From: Treponema sp.
GTDB taxonomy: Bacteria; Spirochaetota; Spirochaetia; Treponematales; Treponemataceae
Length of the DNA stretch: 64,000 nt
NCBI GenBank assembly: GCA_014804005.1
Contig: JAAVAP010000016.1
Span: forward strand, 106,751-170,750
Direction of reading: 5' to 3'
How positions within the stretch are numbered: the stretch's first letter is position 1; each line of letters begins with the position of its first letter. The translations under genes were made by a program, and so were the position numbers. A model generated the notes under the pieces. It did no database searches, was not told where the DNA came from, and worked only from the letters and a program-made list of their open reading frames with translations. Below are positions 1 to 10,800 of the stretch, in pieces.

Positions 1-782
1 TGGCCATAGCGATTCATTCGATTATCGTGTACAACGATTTGATCGAGCGTTCCAACATTCAAAAAGAAAGCGAAATTGCGTCGCGAATCCGCGATTCTTT
101 CATTCCAGCGAAATTGCCGCTGCTTCCGGGAATCACGGTGGGAGCGTTTTACACAGCGACGGAATCGATTTGCAGCGACTTCTACGACCTTCTCGTTGCG
201 CGCAAAGACAGAATCGCGTTTATCCTCGGGGACGTTACTGGAAAAAATCTCACTTCAATGACGATCATTACGCAAATACGCGCGATGCTCCGTCTTGTCA
301 TCAACACGACGCAGACTCCAGCGACAATCATGAGTTGGGCAAACCGGGGCTTGAATTTCGAGGCGAGCACTGATCATTTCGCAAGCATTTCGTTGATTTT
401 TTACGACAGCGTTTCACAAAAAATTACCTATTCTTCCGGCGGAACAAATCCGATATATATGTATAAAGCGCAAGATTCGAGCTTTGCAAAGATTTCGGAC
501 GACAGCGAGCCAGTAGGAATGGAAAAGGACACTGTCTACAAGGATAAAGAAATCGAGCCAGCGAGCGGCGACATTCTTGTTACTTGCTCCGACGGTTTTA
601 TTGAAGCGCTCAACATCGATGGCGAGCAATATTCTGTCGCTCGGCTTGAGAAAATAATAAAGGCTAACGCGGCTTTGTCTGGCAAGGAAATTGCCAATAA
701 AGTTCGAGAAGATATTGAACTTTTCTGCGGAAGCGCAGTTCAGCATGATGATCAATCAATTCTAGTCATCAAGGTTAAATAG
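1..782 (+). CDS. PP2C/SpoIIE-type serine phosphatase, C-terminal part (5' end cut by window edge)
   Basis: The frame is open from nt 3 with no stop before the GTG at 27. PP2C/SpoIIE-like motifs are present (DFYD, GDVTGKN, CSDGFIEA, HDDQSILVIKV). It lies directly upstream of a STAS antagonist and an RsbW-like kinase. Confidence 0.75.
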   Translation, partial: AIAIHSIIVYNDLIERSNIQKESEIASRIRDSFIPAKLPLLPGITVGAFYTATESICSDFYDLLVARKDRIAFILGDVTGKNLTSMTIITQIRAMLRLVINTTQTPATIMSWANRGLNFEASTDHFASISLIFYDSVSQKITYSSGGTNPIYMYKAQDSSFAKISDDSEPVGMEKDTVYKDKEIEPASGDILVTCSDGFIEALNIDGEQYSVARLEKIIKANAALSGKEIANKVREDIELFCGSAVQHDDQSILVIKVK

Positions 783-798
783 GAGGCAAAACTTAAGT

Positions 799-1137
799 AT
801 GGAATTGAAAATAAGGAAAAACGACGACGTCTATATTATTGACGTGAACGGCGAAATGGATTTGTACAATTCATACAAAATCAAAGAATTGGTCATGAAA
901 ATGCTTGAAAAAAGCGTCAAATTCTTCGTGATCAATTTAGAACAGGTGGATTACATTGACTCTTCCGGAATCGGTGCGTTGATTTACATCTGTTCCACCA
1001 TCAAAAAGATGAATCTCAAACTTGCCATCGCGAGCGTTCACGGTTCGGTAAAGAAAGTCATCGAACTCACCAAGCTCACGGGATATTTCCCGATGGCAAA
1101 CAGCGTGGAAGAAGCGCTTTTGATGGTCAAGGACTAG
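799..1137 (+). CDS. STAS-domain anti-sigma-factor antagonist (SpoIIAA/RsbV-like)
   Basis: 112 aa. It has the typical STAS pattern, including the phosphorylatable-serine motif YIDSSGIGAL. AGGAGG lies upstream of the ATG. Confidence 0.85.
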   Translation: MELKIRKNDDVYIIDVNGEMDLYNSYKIKELVMKMLEKSVKFFVINLEQVDYIDSSGIGALIYICSTIKKMNLKLAIASVHGSVKKVIELTKLTGYFPMANSVEEALLMVKD

Positions 1138-1191
1138 AATGGTCAAGTCATTCTACGACTTTTATGCGAAGTATTTTGATGGAATTTAATA

Positions 1192-1200
1192 CCCCCCCCC
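1192..1200. repeat. Homopolymeric C9 tract in the STAS-kinase intergenic region
   Basis: Read directly: taat-a-ccccccccc-taag. It lies 30 nt upstream of the ATG at 1230. Confidence 0.9.
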
Positions 1201-1229
1201 TAAGCCTGTAGTTTTTTATGGAGGTTGCT

Positions 1230-1778
1230 ATGGCTGATGAATTGAAATTATTACGTTCAGATGACAACGACCCGTTGTTCGACAAAACAAATATGCTCAA
1301 AAAGGAATTCCCTTCGGATTTCCGCCAGATTAGATATTTTACGCTTCTAATCGTTCAGGCCGCGCCTATGGAAATCAAGGATACGAACTTGCTTGAGCAA
1401 CAGATTTCGGAAATCATCAAAAACGCGGTGAAGCACGGAAACAAATGCGACATCAACAAGAAAGTTACGGTGTGGTATTCGTTCAGTCCGACGCATGCCC
1501 ACATCATCGTGCAGGACGAAGGCGAAGGCTTCCAAGATTTGGAAAAATGGAACGAATTCAATAGAAATCGCGCAAAGGCTTTATACGAGCAGAATTTTGA
1601 AGAACTTTCGCAGTATGCGTCTTACCACACACAGACAAGCGACCAGCAGGACGGCGGAAACGCACTTTTTGCCGCGCTTGAATATTGGGACGGCGGATTC
1701 GTCTACAACGGAAAGAAAAATGCCGTGGCGATGCTGAAAAAATATCAGACAAAGCATCACGGCTTGAATGTGAACTAG
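1230..1778 (+). CDS. Anti-sigma regulatory factor, serine protein kinase (RsbW/SpoIIAB-like HATPase)
   Basis: N-box EIIKNAVKHGN and G1-box VQDEGEGF are present. GGAGG at 1220-1224 sits 5 nt before the ATG at 1230, so I prefer that start over the ORF-track start at 1218. Confidence 0.7.
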   Translation: MADELKLLRSDDNDPLFDKTNMLKKEFPSDFRQIRYFTLLIVQAAPMEIKDTNLLEQQISEIIKNAVKHGNKCDINKKVTVWYSFSPTHAHIIVQDEGEGFQDLEKWNEFNRNRAKALYEQNFEELSQYASYHTQTSDQQDGGNALFAALEYWDGGFVYNGKKNAVAMLKKYQTKHHGLNVN

Positions 1779-1797
1779 CATGCTTTGAATCAATTGC

Positions 1798-1836
1798 AAC
1801 GGAGCGCGGACTTTGTCCGCGCTCCGTTATTTTTTC
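1798..1836 (+). terminator. Rho-independent terminator after the kinase gene
   Basis: 13-bp perfect stem aacggagcgcgga/tccgcgctccgtt with a 5-nt loop, followed by a T-run (attttttcc). Confidence 0.7.
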
Positions 1837-1837
1837 C

Positions 1838-1866
1838 TTGACAAATTCAAAACCGAGTGTTATATT
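1838..1866 (+). promoter_or_regulatory. Sigma70-type promoter for ssrA precursor
   Basis: TTGACA (1838-1843), a 17-nt spacer, then TATATT (1861-1866). The mature tmRNA 5' end lies about 40 nt downstream, consistent with RNase P processing of a precursor. Confidence 0.5.
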
Positions 1867-1905
1867 ATAAATAGTCGCGTGATGCGCGGCAAAAGCAGAT
1901 TATTT

Positions 1906-2282
1906 GGGGGTGCACCGGTTTCGACGGTTGCGAGAAGCCCTGTGCTGCGGGCGGGAGTGAAGGATCCCTAATCTGACAAAAACTATAACTGCCAAACGTA
2001 AGGAAGACGAAGAGTCTTACAACGAACAGTTAGCTCTCGCTGCGTAAGTAGCGACTTAAAGAGCCGGAATCCGAATTGCGACGCTCTTAGCGATTTGGCA
2101 TTCTGTTACAAACAAGGGCTTGCTTGTCGTCGTTTTTGGCTGGCGGCAGGGACTTTTAGTCAAAATACGGAAAAGACGCTTGTTATGCTGCTACCTTTTC
2201 CCGACAACCACCTCGCATGACTACGCCTGTAGACGCGCTTGGTTTGCGCATTCGGACGGGGGTTCAATTCCCCCCATCTCCA
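1906..2282 (+). ncRNA. ssrA: tmRNA (SsrA)
   Basis: The 5' GGGGGUG pairs with the 3' CAUCUCC and includes a G3:U70 wobble. A T-arm gggggttcaattccccc and discriminator A are present. The internal tag ORF runs from resume codon GCC at 1991 to TAA at 2045 and encodes AKRKEDEESYNEQLALAA. Confidence 0.9.
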
Positions 2283-2343
2283 TCACTTCCTCGGACTTGC
2301 TTTTCAACAAAGGAAAATGTTGCAAAGCAAGCCCGAAGTCAAT

Positions 2344-4026
2344 TTAAAAAAGCCCCGTAATTTTTCCGTCGTCATCGATGTCGATTGCAAGCGCGGCTGG
2401 CATTTTCGGCAAGCCCGGCATCGTCATAATCTCGCCCGAAAGTGCCACGACAAATCCCGCGCCAGAATAAAGCTGCACGTCGCGCACTGGAAAAGCATAG
2501 CCGCTCGGCGCGCCGAAAAGTTTTGGATCATGGCTTATCGAATTTTGAGTTTTGGCCATACAAACCGGAAGATTTCCGTAGCCCGATTTTATGAGCACGT
2601 CGATTTTTTTCAAAGCGGCTTCAGCAAATTCCACACGTTGTGCACGATAAATTTCTTTTGCAAGCGTTTCGATTTTTTCTTTCAACGGAAGCGAATCTTC
2701 GTACAAATAATGAAAATTGTTTTCGCCGCGTTCCACGGTTTCCGCAACAACGCGAGCAAGTTCAGCAGCGCCTTCCCCGCCTTTTTCCCACGCCTCGCAC
2801 AAAACCGCGCGCGAATCATTTTGTTCGCAAAGTTTTTTCAGCGCGGAAATTTCTTCTTCGGTATCGCTGGAAAATTTGTTCACGGCGACGATTGTCTTCA
2901 CGCCGAACTTCGCAAGATTTTCCAAATGCACTTTCAGATTTTCAAAGCCGCGTTCCACCGCCGCGACATCGGGCGAAGAAAGCGCGTTTTTAGGAACGCC
3001 GCCGTGCATTTTCAACGCGCGAATCGTCGCCACGACCACAACCGCATCGGGCGCAATTTTTGCCAAACGGCATTTTATGTCCATGAATTTTTCCGCGCCT
3101 AAATCCGCGGCGAATCCCGCTTCGGTGACAACGTAGTCCGCGCTCACCAAAGCGCAAAGCGTCGCGTTTACTGAATTGCATCCATGCGCGATGTTGGCGA
3201 AAGGTCCGCCGTGCACGAACGCAGGATTTTTTTCGAGCGTCTGGACGAGGTTCGGGCGAATCGCATCTTTGAGCAAAGCGGCTACCGCGCCCACACATTT
3301 CAGTTCGCCGAATTTCACATTCTGCTTTGAAAAATTCTGCGCAATCGTAATGTTCGCAATTCGTTCTTTTAATTCCGAAATCGTTTTTGAAAGGCAGACA
3401 ATCGCCATAATTTCCGAAGCCACGGAAATCTGGAAATGGTCTTCGCGCGGAACGCCGTCGGTGCGTTTTCCCAAACCAGAAATTATGTTGCGAAGTTGGC
3501 GATCGTTCAAATCCACGCAACGTTTCCAAGAAATTGTGCGCGGATCGATTTGCAATTCGTTTCCCTGCTGAATGTGATTGTCGATGAGAGCGGCGATTAA
3601 ATTGTTGGCGGCAGTGATTGCGTGAATGTCGCCCGTAAAATGCAAATTGATGTCTTCCATCGGAACAATCTGCGCAAAGCCGCCGCCGCAAGCCCCTCCC
3701 TTCACTCCGAAGCAAGGACCGAGCGAAGGCTCGCGCAAAGCCGCCGCCGCGCGTTTTCCGATTTTGCAAAGCCCGTCAGTCAAGCCAATCGTCACGGTGG
3801 ATTTCCCCTCCCCCGCAGGTGTCGGCGTAATCGCTGTTACCAAAATCAATTTTCCGCGAGCATTTTTTTCCCGCGCCTTTTCTTGCAGTTCGCGCAATTT
3901 CGGAAAATTTATTTTCGCCTTGTGCTTGCCGTAAAGTTCGAGCGCACTTTCCTCGATGCCAATTTTTTTTGCCACTTCCGAAATCGCAATCATTTCATTT
4001 TTCTGCGCAATTTCAATATCAGTCAT
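2344..4026 (-). CDS. fhs: Formate-tetrahydrofolate ligase
   Basis: 560 aa. Full-length FTHFS pattern ([11 protein letters not shown]-loop, ...EPSLGP..G.KGGA.GGG). An SD (GGAG) precedes the ATG. Confidence 0.95.
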   Translation of the reverse strand: MTDIEIAQKNEMIAISEVAKKIGIEESALELYGKHKAKINFPKLRELQEKAREKNARGKLILVTAITPTPAGEGKSTVTIGLTDGLCKIGKRAAAALREPSLGPCFGVKGGACGGGFAQIVPMEDINLHFTGDIHAITAANNLIAALIDNHIQQGNELQIDPRTISWKRCVDLNDRQLRNIISGLGKRTDGVPREDHFQISVASEIMAIVCLSKTISELKERIANITIAQNFSKQNVKFGELKCVGAVAALLKDAIRPNLVQTLEKNPAFVHGGPFANIAHGCNSVNATLCALVSADYVVTEAGFAADLGAEKFMDIKCRLAKIAPDAVVVVATIRALKMHGGVPKNALSSPDVAAVERGFENLKVHLENLAKFGVKTIVAVNKFSSDTEEEISALKKLCEQNDSRAVLCEAWEKGGEGAAELARVVAETVERGENNFHYLYEDSLPLKEKIETLAKEIYRAQRVEFAEAALKKIDVLIKSGYGNLPVCMAKTQNSISHDPKLFGAPSGYAFPVRDVQLYSGAGFVVALSGEIMTMPGLPKMPAALAIDIDDDGKITGLF

Positions 4027-4067
4027 TTTTTCTACTCCTATAAAAAGTCAAAAAGAAATTTGCAACA

Positions 4068-4814
4068 TTATTTTTCGCATAAAAGCGAAACTTCGTCTGC
4101 CGTCATTTTTTTGTATTCGCCGGGCGCGAGATTTTCGTCCATCGCGAGCGCGCCAATTTGAACGCGCTTTAAATACAAAACTTCGTTTTCAAAAACGCGG
4201 AACATTCGTTTAACTTGATGAAATTTTCCTTCGCAAATCGTAAGAAAAACTTCGTTCGCATTTTCCGTGAATTCGATTTTTGCAGGAAGCGAAATGAATT
4301 CGCTTTCCGCGCCTTCCGCAGGAATTTGAAATCCGCGCGAAAATTTTTCACGCAAAACTTCGCGTTCATCGGAAGAAATATTTTTTTCCAAGCGCACGAA
4401 ATATTTTTTTTCGCACAAAGTTTTCGGCGAAATCAATTTGTGCGTGAGCGCGCCGTCAGTCGTAAAAATCAAAAGTCCTTCCGTGTCCGCATCGAGCCTG
4501 CCTACCAAATGCAAATGCGAAGCAAAATACGGCGTGCGATAATTTTCATCGAGCAGTTCGAACACGGTCTGTCTTTCCCCCTCCTTGGAAGTGCAAACAG
4601 TTCCTGCGATTTTGTTCATCATAAGATAGACATTTTTTTCGAGCGCGAGCGGATTTCCGTCCACGAGAATTTCATCGCGCTCCAAATCAATGTGCGCATC
4701 GGGCGCGTAAACAATTTCGCCATTCACGCTAACTGCGCCAGAATGCAAGATGCGTTTCACATCGCGCCGCGTTCCCAATCCAGCATGAGAAAGAATTTTG
4801 TCAAGCCGTTCCAT
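4068..4814 (-). CDS. rRNA pseudouridine synthase, RsuA/RluB family
   Basis: N-terminal S4 domain (MERLDKILSHAGLGTRRDVKRIL) and catalytic motif GRLDADTEGLL. Confidence 0.8.
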   Translation of the reverse strand: MERLDKILSHAGLGTRRDVKRILHSGAVSVNGEIVYAPDAHIDLERDEILVDGNPLALEKNVYLMMNKIAGTVCTSKEGERQTVFELLDENYRTPYFASHLHLVGRLDADTEGLLIFTTDGALTHKLISPKTLCEKKYFVRLEKNISSDEREVLREKFSRGFQIPAEGAESEFISLPAKIEFTENANEVFLTICEGKFHQVKRMFRVFENEVLYLKRVQIGALAMDENLAPGEYKKMTADEVSLLCEK

Positions 4815-4853
4815 AAACTTCCCTGATTTTCAACATTGCGCACAACATCAACT

Positions 4854-6227
4854 TTACTTTCGATTTTCCAACGGAATGTACTTGCGCTCGGGACAAATAT
4901 TTTTGTAGGCAGGACGATAGATTCGACCGCCCGCCACAACTTCTTCGATGCGGTGCGCGCTCCAGCCCGCGATTCGCGAAATGGCAAAAAGCGGAGTGTA
5001 AAGCTCGCGCGGAATGTCCAGCATCGTGTAGACGAAGCCTGAAAAAAAGTCAACGTTGGCGCAAATCTTTTTTTCCGAGCCGTGAACTTTGTAGATGACT
5101 TCGGGCGCAATCTTTTCGATTTTTTTGTAAAGCCGAAATTCCTTGAGACAATTTTTTTCCTTTGCGAGGCGTTCCGCCAATTCGTTCAAAAGCAAGGCGC
5201 GAGGATCGTTCACAGTGTAGACCGCGTGCCCCATTCCGTAGATGAGACCGGTTTTGTCGTAAGCCTGGCGCGAAGCGATTTTCGTGAGATACGCGCGAAT
5301 CTCGTCATTGTCCGCCCAATCTTTTACGTTCGCTTTGATGTCGTCCATCATTTCCATCACGCGGATATTCGCACCACCGTGCCTGCTTCCTTTGAGCGAG
5401 CCGATGGCAGCAGCAATCGTGGAATATGTGTCCGTGTCCGCAGAAGAAACGACGTGAACTGTGAGCGAGGAATTGTTTCCGCCGCCGTGCTCCGCGTGCA
5501 AAATGAGCGCGAGGTCGAGCACCTGCGCTTCAAGCGGCGTGTATTTTTTGTCGGAACGAATCAATCGCAAAAAATTTTCCGCCGTGGAAAGTTCGGGAAG
5601 CGGATTATGAATGTACATGCTTTTGTCGTCGTAGAAACGCCGCTTTGCCTGATAAGCATACGCCGCCAAAGTGGAAAGCCGCGAAGTTAGCTCAATGCAC
5701 TGCCGCATGATGTTTCCCACGCTGCGATTTTCAGGATCGTTGTCATAAGAATACAAAGCTAAAACTCCGCGCGCGATTTTGTTCATAATTTCGCAGGACG
5801 GCGCTTTCATAATCATGTCTTCCGTGAAATTTTCCGGAAGCGTCCGATAATTTCCAAGGTATTCCGAAAAACGCGCGAGCTGCTTTTTGTTGGGCAGTTG
5901 TCCGAAAATCAAAAGGTACGCCGTCTGCTCATAGCCGAATTCAACACGGCGTTCAGTGTCGTGAACCAAATCCGCCACATCGTAGCCGCGATATAAAAGG
6001 CGCCCCGGAACCGCGATTTTGTTTCCGTCCTTATCGATTTCATAGCCCACGACATCGCCAATCTGAGTCAAGCCGACAAGAACGCCCGTTCCGTTCGCAT
6101 TGCGCAAGCCGCGCTTTACATTGTATTTTTCATACAAATCGGGATTGATCGGATCGTTCTTTTGCGCCAAAATCGAAAGACGCTTTACCAAATCTTCCTC
6201 GGAATCTTTTTTCACTGCACCCTCCAC
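4854..6227 (-). CDS. gltA: Citrate synthase
   Basis: 457 aa with citrate synthase signatures (HAEHGGGNNS, GMGHAVYTVNDPRA, NVDFFSG). The start is uncertain: GTG at 6227, or GTG at 6215, which is preceded by GGAGG. Confidence 0.9.
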   Translation of the reverse strand: MEGAVKKDSEEDLVKRLSILAQKNDPINPDLYEKYNVKRGLRNANGTGVLVGLTQIGDVVGYEIDKDGNKIAVPGRLLYRGYDVADLVHDTERRVEFGYEQTAYLLIFGQLPNKKQLARFSEYLGNYRTLPENFTEDMIMKAPSCEIMNKIARGVLALYSYDNDPENRSVGNIMRQCIELTSRLSTLAAYAYQAKRRFYDDKSMYIHNPLPELSTAENFLRLIRSDKKYTPLEAQVLDLALILHAEHGGGNNSSLTVHVVSSADTDTYSTIAAAIGSLKGSRHGGANIRVMEMMDDIKANVKDWADNDEIRAYLTKIASRQAYDKTGLIYGMGHAVYTVNDPRALLLNELAERLAKEKNCLKEFRLYKKIEKIAPEVIYKVHGSEKKICANVDFFSGFVYTMLDIPRELYTPLFAISRIAGWSAHRIEEVVAGGRIYRPAYKNICPERKYIPLENRK

Positions 6228-6671
6228 TTTTTATCCTGTGTTTTTTCGAAAATATTTTATAGCACAAGCAAATCTATTTCAAGTAGCCACATCACTTCAC
6301 GACAAATGCCGTTTCACTCACGAGAATCTTTTGACATTGTATAAAATTCTTGCAAGAAATTCAAGACAAGAAGAAAAATATCAGCAATTAAAATTTTGTT
6401 GAAACTTCGCGGCAATTCAATTTTCGAGCGGAGCGATTCGAGTTTTTTACGAAAAATTTACGTCCACGCGCACACGAAATTCAGGCTTTCAAAAACTTAA
6501 TTTATAAGCAACTCATCTCTTCCAATATTTTTTAACTTGTGATAAAATAGAAACTCGCGCATTGAATGCGATTCTTCGCTGCATTGCGAAATAATTTTTT
6601 ACGGCGAATAAAATTGATTTTTCTTCGCTTGTAAAAAATTTATTAACATTTTATCCAGGAGTTTTTTGAAT

Positions 6672-7709
6672 ATGAAAAAAACACTTTCGGTTTTTGTAGC
6701 TGCTACAGCTTTGGCTTTTTCAGCGGCGGCCTACAATCCGCCTGTACAAGGCGAAAATCTTTTTTACCTTGCGCATCCGGAAATGATTTCCGGCGGAATT
6801 TCTACGGCGGGCGGCGGAATTCTTTCCGTAACGCCTGAAAGCACTATGATAAATCCCGCGCTGGGCGCATTGGAAAAACGCATCACGCTGGATTTGGGCT
6901 ATACCGCGATGTTCAATTCGGTCGGCTCCGACAAATATGGTCAGGCGTTCGGAACGGGAATCATAGTTCCTACGGACTGGGCGAATTTTACCGCCGAAAT
7001 TGAAGGCGTGTTCGTGCCGTTTTACAATATGCATTTGGGAAACAGCATAAATTTCCGGACAAGCGCGTCCAAGCGATTTATGGAAAACCTTTACATAGGA
7101 ATCGGGCTTGGCTTTGGCGGATTTTGGGGAAACGGCACGGACTGGATGCTCACGGCGGATGTTGGAGCTGTCTACAATTTTGGCGACATCGCTTTCCTCA
7201 AAAATTTCCGCGTGGGAGCGAGCGTGAACAACGTCGGAAAAACATTCAACAACACAAATACAATTGGAGTAAAGTCGCGGGCGGGAGGCGACTGGTCGGG
7301 ATTTCCGACTTTTTCCACAATCCGAGCGGGCGCAGCCGCCGAATTTGTTCGTGCTGAAAATTTCGTGCTCGGACTTTCGCTCGACGTGACCACGAATTTT
7401 TTCCAAAACATCATTTTCGACAGCGGGCTTCAAATGGAAATAGCGCATTTTCTGCGGATAAATTCTTCGTGGCAATTCAACGCGCGCGAGGCCGGCGAAG
7501 GCTGCAATTCATGGATTCCCACAGTCGGGGTCGTATTTAAATTTAACATCGGAACTGATTTTATGAAAAGGGATGATTGGGCGCGCAGCGAAATTTGTCC
7601 TTCGGTGGCATGGAAAAATGTTGACGGCGACATCAATCTGATTTCCGCGGGCGCGGTTTTGCGTTTGGGTGAATTGGACACGGAAGGTCCTGTCATCGAA
7701 ATAGAATAG
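6672..7709 (+). CDS. Secreted protein, possibly an outer-membrane beta-barrel protein
   Basis: Signal peptide MKKTLSVFVAATALAFSAAA. The protein is rich in Gly and aromatic residues with alternating beta-strand-like segments. The ATG at 6672 is preceded by AGGAG. No family was recognised. Confidence 0.5.
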   Translation: MKKTLSVFVAATALAFSAAAYNPPVQGENLFYLAHPEMISGGISTAGGGILSVTPESTMINPALGALEKRITLDLGYTAMFNSVGSDKYGQAFGTGIIVPTDWANFTAEIEGVFVPFYNMHLGNSINFRTSASKRFMENLYIGIGLGFGGFWGNGTDWMLTADVGAVYNFGDIAFLKNFRVGASVNNVGKTFNNTNTIGVKSRAGGDWSGFPTFSTIRAGAAAEFVRAENFVLGLSLDVTTNFFQNIIFDSGLQMEIAHFLRINSSWQFNAREAGEGCNSWIPTVGVVFKFNIGTDFMKRDDWARSEICPSVAWKNVDGDINLISAGAVLRLGELDTEGPVIEIE

Positions 7710-7820
7710 ATTTTCGGCGCGTGAAATCTTTGCGTGCCGAATAAATTTTTATTCGCGAATTCTTGTCGATAACATCAATGCAAACGTTATCACGGACGCG
7801 AAATTTTTATGGGAGCTTTT

Positions 7821-10800
7821 ATGAAAAAAAATTTTTTGCCAATTTTGATTTTTTCTCTCGCGTCGAATTTTTTTGCCGCAGAGACAAAATACATCTCGCC
7901 GAACAATGACGGCGTTCAAGACGAGCTTGTCGTGAATTTTCGCGTCAAAGACAAGGGAAAGATCTTCAGTTGGGCGCTTGTCGTGGAAGACGCGCGAGGA
8001 AATGTCGTTCGGACGATCGGAAACAAAGTCGCGCTGCCGACGGTTTTCAATATGAAAAATTTCCTCAAGGCGGCGAAGACAAAAAAAAGTTCGATCGAAG
8101 TGCCGCCCACGGTTTCTTGGAACGGCGCGATGGAAAACGGCGAGACCGCTCCGGACGGCGAATATTTCTATTACATCGTTGCGAGCGACGACAGCGGCAA
8201 TTCAAGCAAAACTGCAAAATCGTTAGTCATTGTTGACAACACTGCGCCGCAAGTTTCGATTTCGGTTGTGCCAGAAGGACAGCGAATTTTCGGCGAAGGC
8301 GAAAAAGTCAATTTCGCAATCGGACAAAGCGGCTCGAAAGAAGACAAATGGCTCGCGACGATTGCCGACGCGAACGGAAAAATCGTGCGAAATTATGTTT
8401 GGGAAAATTCCACGCCCGCGTCGATTGAATGGAACGGCACGGACGACAACGGAATCATCGTGCAGGACGGCGTTTACAAATATTCGATAAGCGCGACCGA
8501 CCGCGCGGGCAACACGAACGAAGATTCGGAAGTCGCGAACATAATTTTTTCCGCCGAAAAACCCGCGACGAACATCATGATTGTCGGCTCGAAATATTTT
8601 TCAGTTCCGCAAAAAAGCAAAATCAATTCTGTAACTTTGGACGTTACGATTCCCGAGCCACGGGCTGGAAGCGGAAACGCGCTCACAAATTGGAGCGTGG
8701 AAATTTTGGAAAAATCCGGAAAGCCCGTCCGAACTTATTCGGGAAAGCAAGGAAGCGAAATTCCTTCCAAAATCGTCTTTGAGGGCAAAAATGATTCGGG
8801 CGCACAAATCGCGGACGGCGAATATTTTGCCCGCGTGAACGCCGAATATTTGAACGGCTACAAAACGCCCGCCGTCAATTCTCCGATTTTCGTTTTTGAC
8901 ACGACGCAGCCATTTGCGGCCATTTCCAATTATGACGAGATTTTCAGTCCCGACGGCGACGGAAGCAAGGATGTGTTCACTTTGCGCCAAGGCGCGAAAA
9001 AAGACGACGGCGCGCCAGTGAAAAAATGGCTGGGAAAAATTTTGGCGGCTGGAACAAACGACGCGGTTTTTGAATACGATTTCGGCGCGAACTTGCCCGA
9101 GCAAATTTCTTGGAACGGAATGGACAAAGCCGGAAAAATTTGTTCCGACGGAAAATATGATTACGAAATTTCTGCCGAAGACTTGGCAGGAAATTCGTTC
9201 AGCGCGAAAACAAAAACTTCGTTCACATTGGACACTTCAAAAACCGAAGTGATGCTTTCGGCGAATCATCGCGCATTCAATCCAAACGGCGAGCGCAAAA
9301 ACGTGACTTTTTCGAGCGTCCTGAAATCGAGCGCGGTAAAATCCTACAAGTTTGAAATCAAAAATCAAAGCGGCGTTGTAGTCTACGCGCAAAATGCGAA
9401 CGGAGGCGTTCCCGCAAATTTCGTTTGGAACGGAAATTCTTCCGACGAAAAAATTTGCCCGGACGGAATGTATTTTGCTTCGATTTCAATCGTTTCGGAA
9501 AACGGCTCAAGCGCGCAGGCGCAATCTCTGCCAGTTTCAATCGACACGGTTTCGCCGTTTGTAGAAGTCTCTCTTGAAAGCGCGATTTTCTCCCCCGATG
9601 GCGACGGCCGAAAAGACACGCTGAAAATTGCCACGACGAATTCGACAAAGGAAACCGAATGGCTCGCGCAGATTTTGGAAAACGGCGAAAAAAATTCTGT
9701 CGTAAAAACTTTCGAATGGAACGGATTTTTCGCGGGAAAACAAAATTCCAATTTTGAATGGGACGGCAGCACGGACAACGGCAACAAAGCGGCGGACGGA
9801 AAATATTCGCTCGTGATAAGCGCGCAGGACGAAGCCGGAAATTCCTTTGAAAAGAAAATCGATTCGATTGTGCTCGATGCGCGCGCGACGACGGCTTACG
9901 TTACGGCGGAACGTTCGGGAATTTCGCCGATTTCAGCGACTGGACTCACATCGCAAAAATTCGCGACGCGCCTTTCTTTGAACGAAGGAATCGAATCTTG
10001 GACATTCAATGTCGAAGACGAAAAAGGAAAATCGGTGCGCTCACTTTCCAACGATTCAGCTCAAATTCCTTCGCAATTCATTTGGGACGGAAAGGATTCT
10101 AACGGAAAAGATTGCGAGGGAAAATTCACAGGGCATTTGACAGTGAATTATTCCAAAGGAAATTTCGTGGACACGAAAACCGCGCCTTTCATCTGCTCGG
10201 TTACGCCGCCTGTTTTGAGCGTAAAAACCGAGCCCGATTTTTTCAGCCCGGACAACGACGGTGTTGACGACGATTGCTTCATCACGCTCGGCGGAAAATC
10301 CACGTCGAAATTTGCAAGCTGGAGTTTCGTCATAAATTATCCTGAAAGCACGGGAAAAACTTCCGCATTCTGGAAAACTTCGGGCGGCGAAAAAATCACT
10401 CCGCAAATCACGTGGGACGGATTGAGCAACACAAGCCGCGAAAGCGACGGCACGGCTGAACGCGTCCAGTCGGCGATGGACTATCCTTACACGTTCACGG
10501 CGACGGACAGCCTTGGGATGACGACGAGCGTTTCGGGAATCATTCCTGTGGACATCCTTGTAATTCGTGACGGCAACAATTTGAAGATGGCAGTTCCTTC
10601 GATAATTTTCCGCGCGAACAATGCCGACTTCAAAACTGCCGCAGAAGCGAAAGGAAGCCAAGTGACAAAAGAGCAGGCCGCGAACAACGTGCGCGTCTTG
10701 AAACGCGTCGGCGAAATTTTGAAGAAATTCCCAGACTACACGGTAACAGTCGTGGGGCACGCGAACAGAACCGGCGCGGCGGGCGAAGACGAAATCCTGC

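Noticed and set aside
2239-3102. 287-aa plus-strand ORF, and several others (2640-2993, 2717-3136, 3622-4161), inside the fhs locus
   Set aside because: They lie antisense to a full-length, motif-rich fhs gene. Their products are low-complexity and Arg/Phe-rich, which is typical of shadow ORFs.
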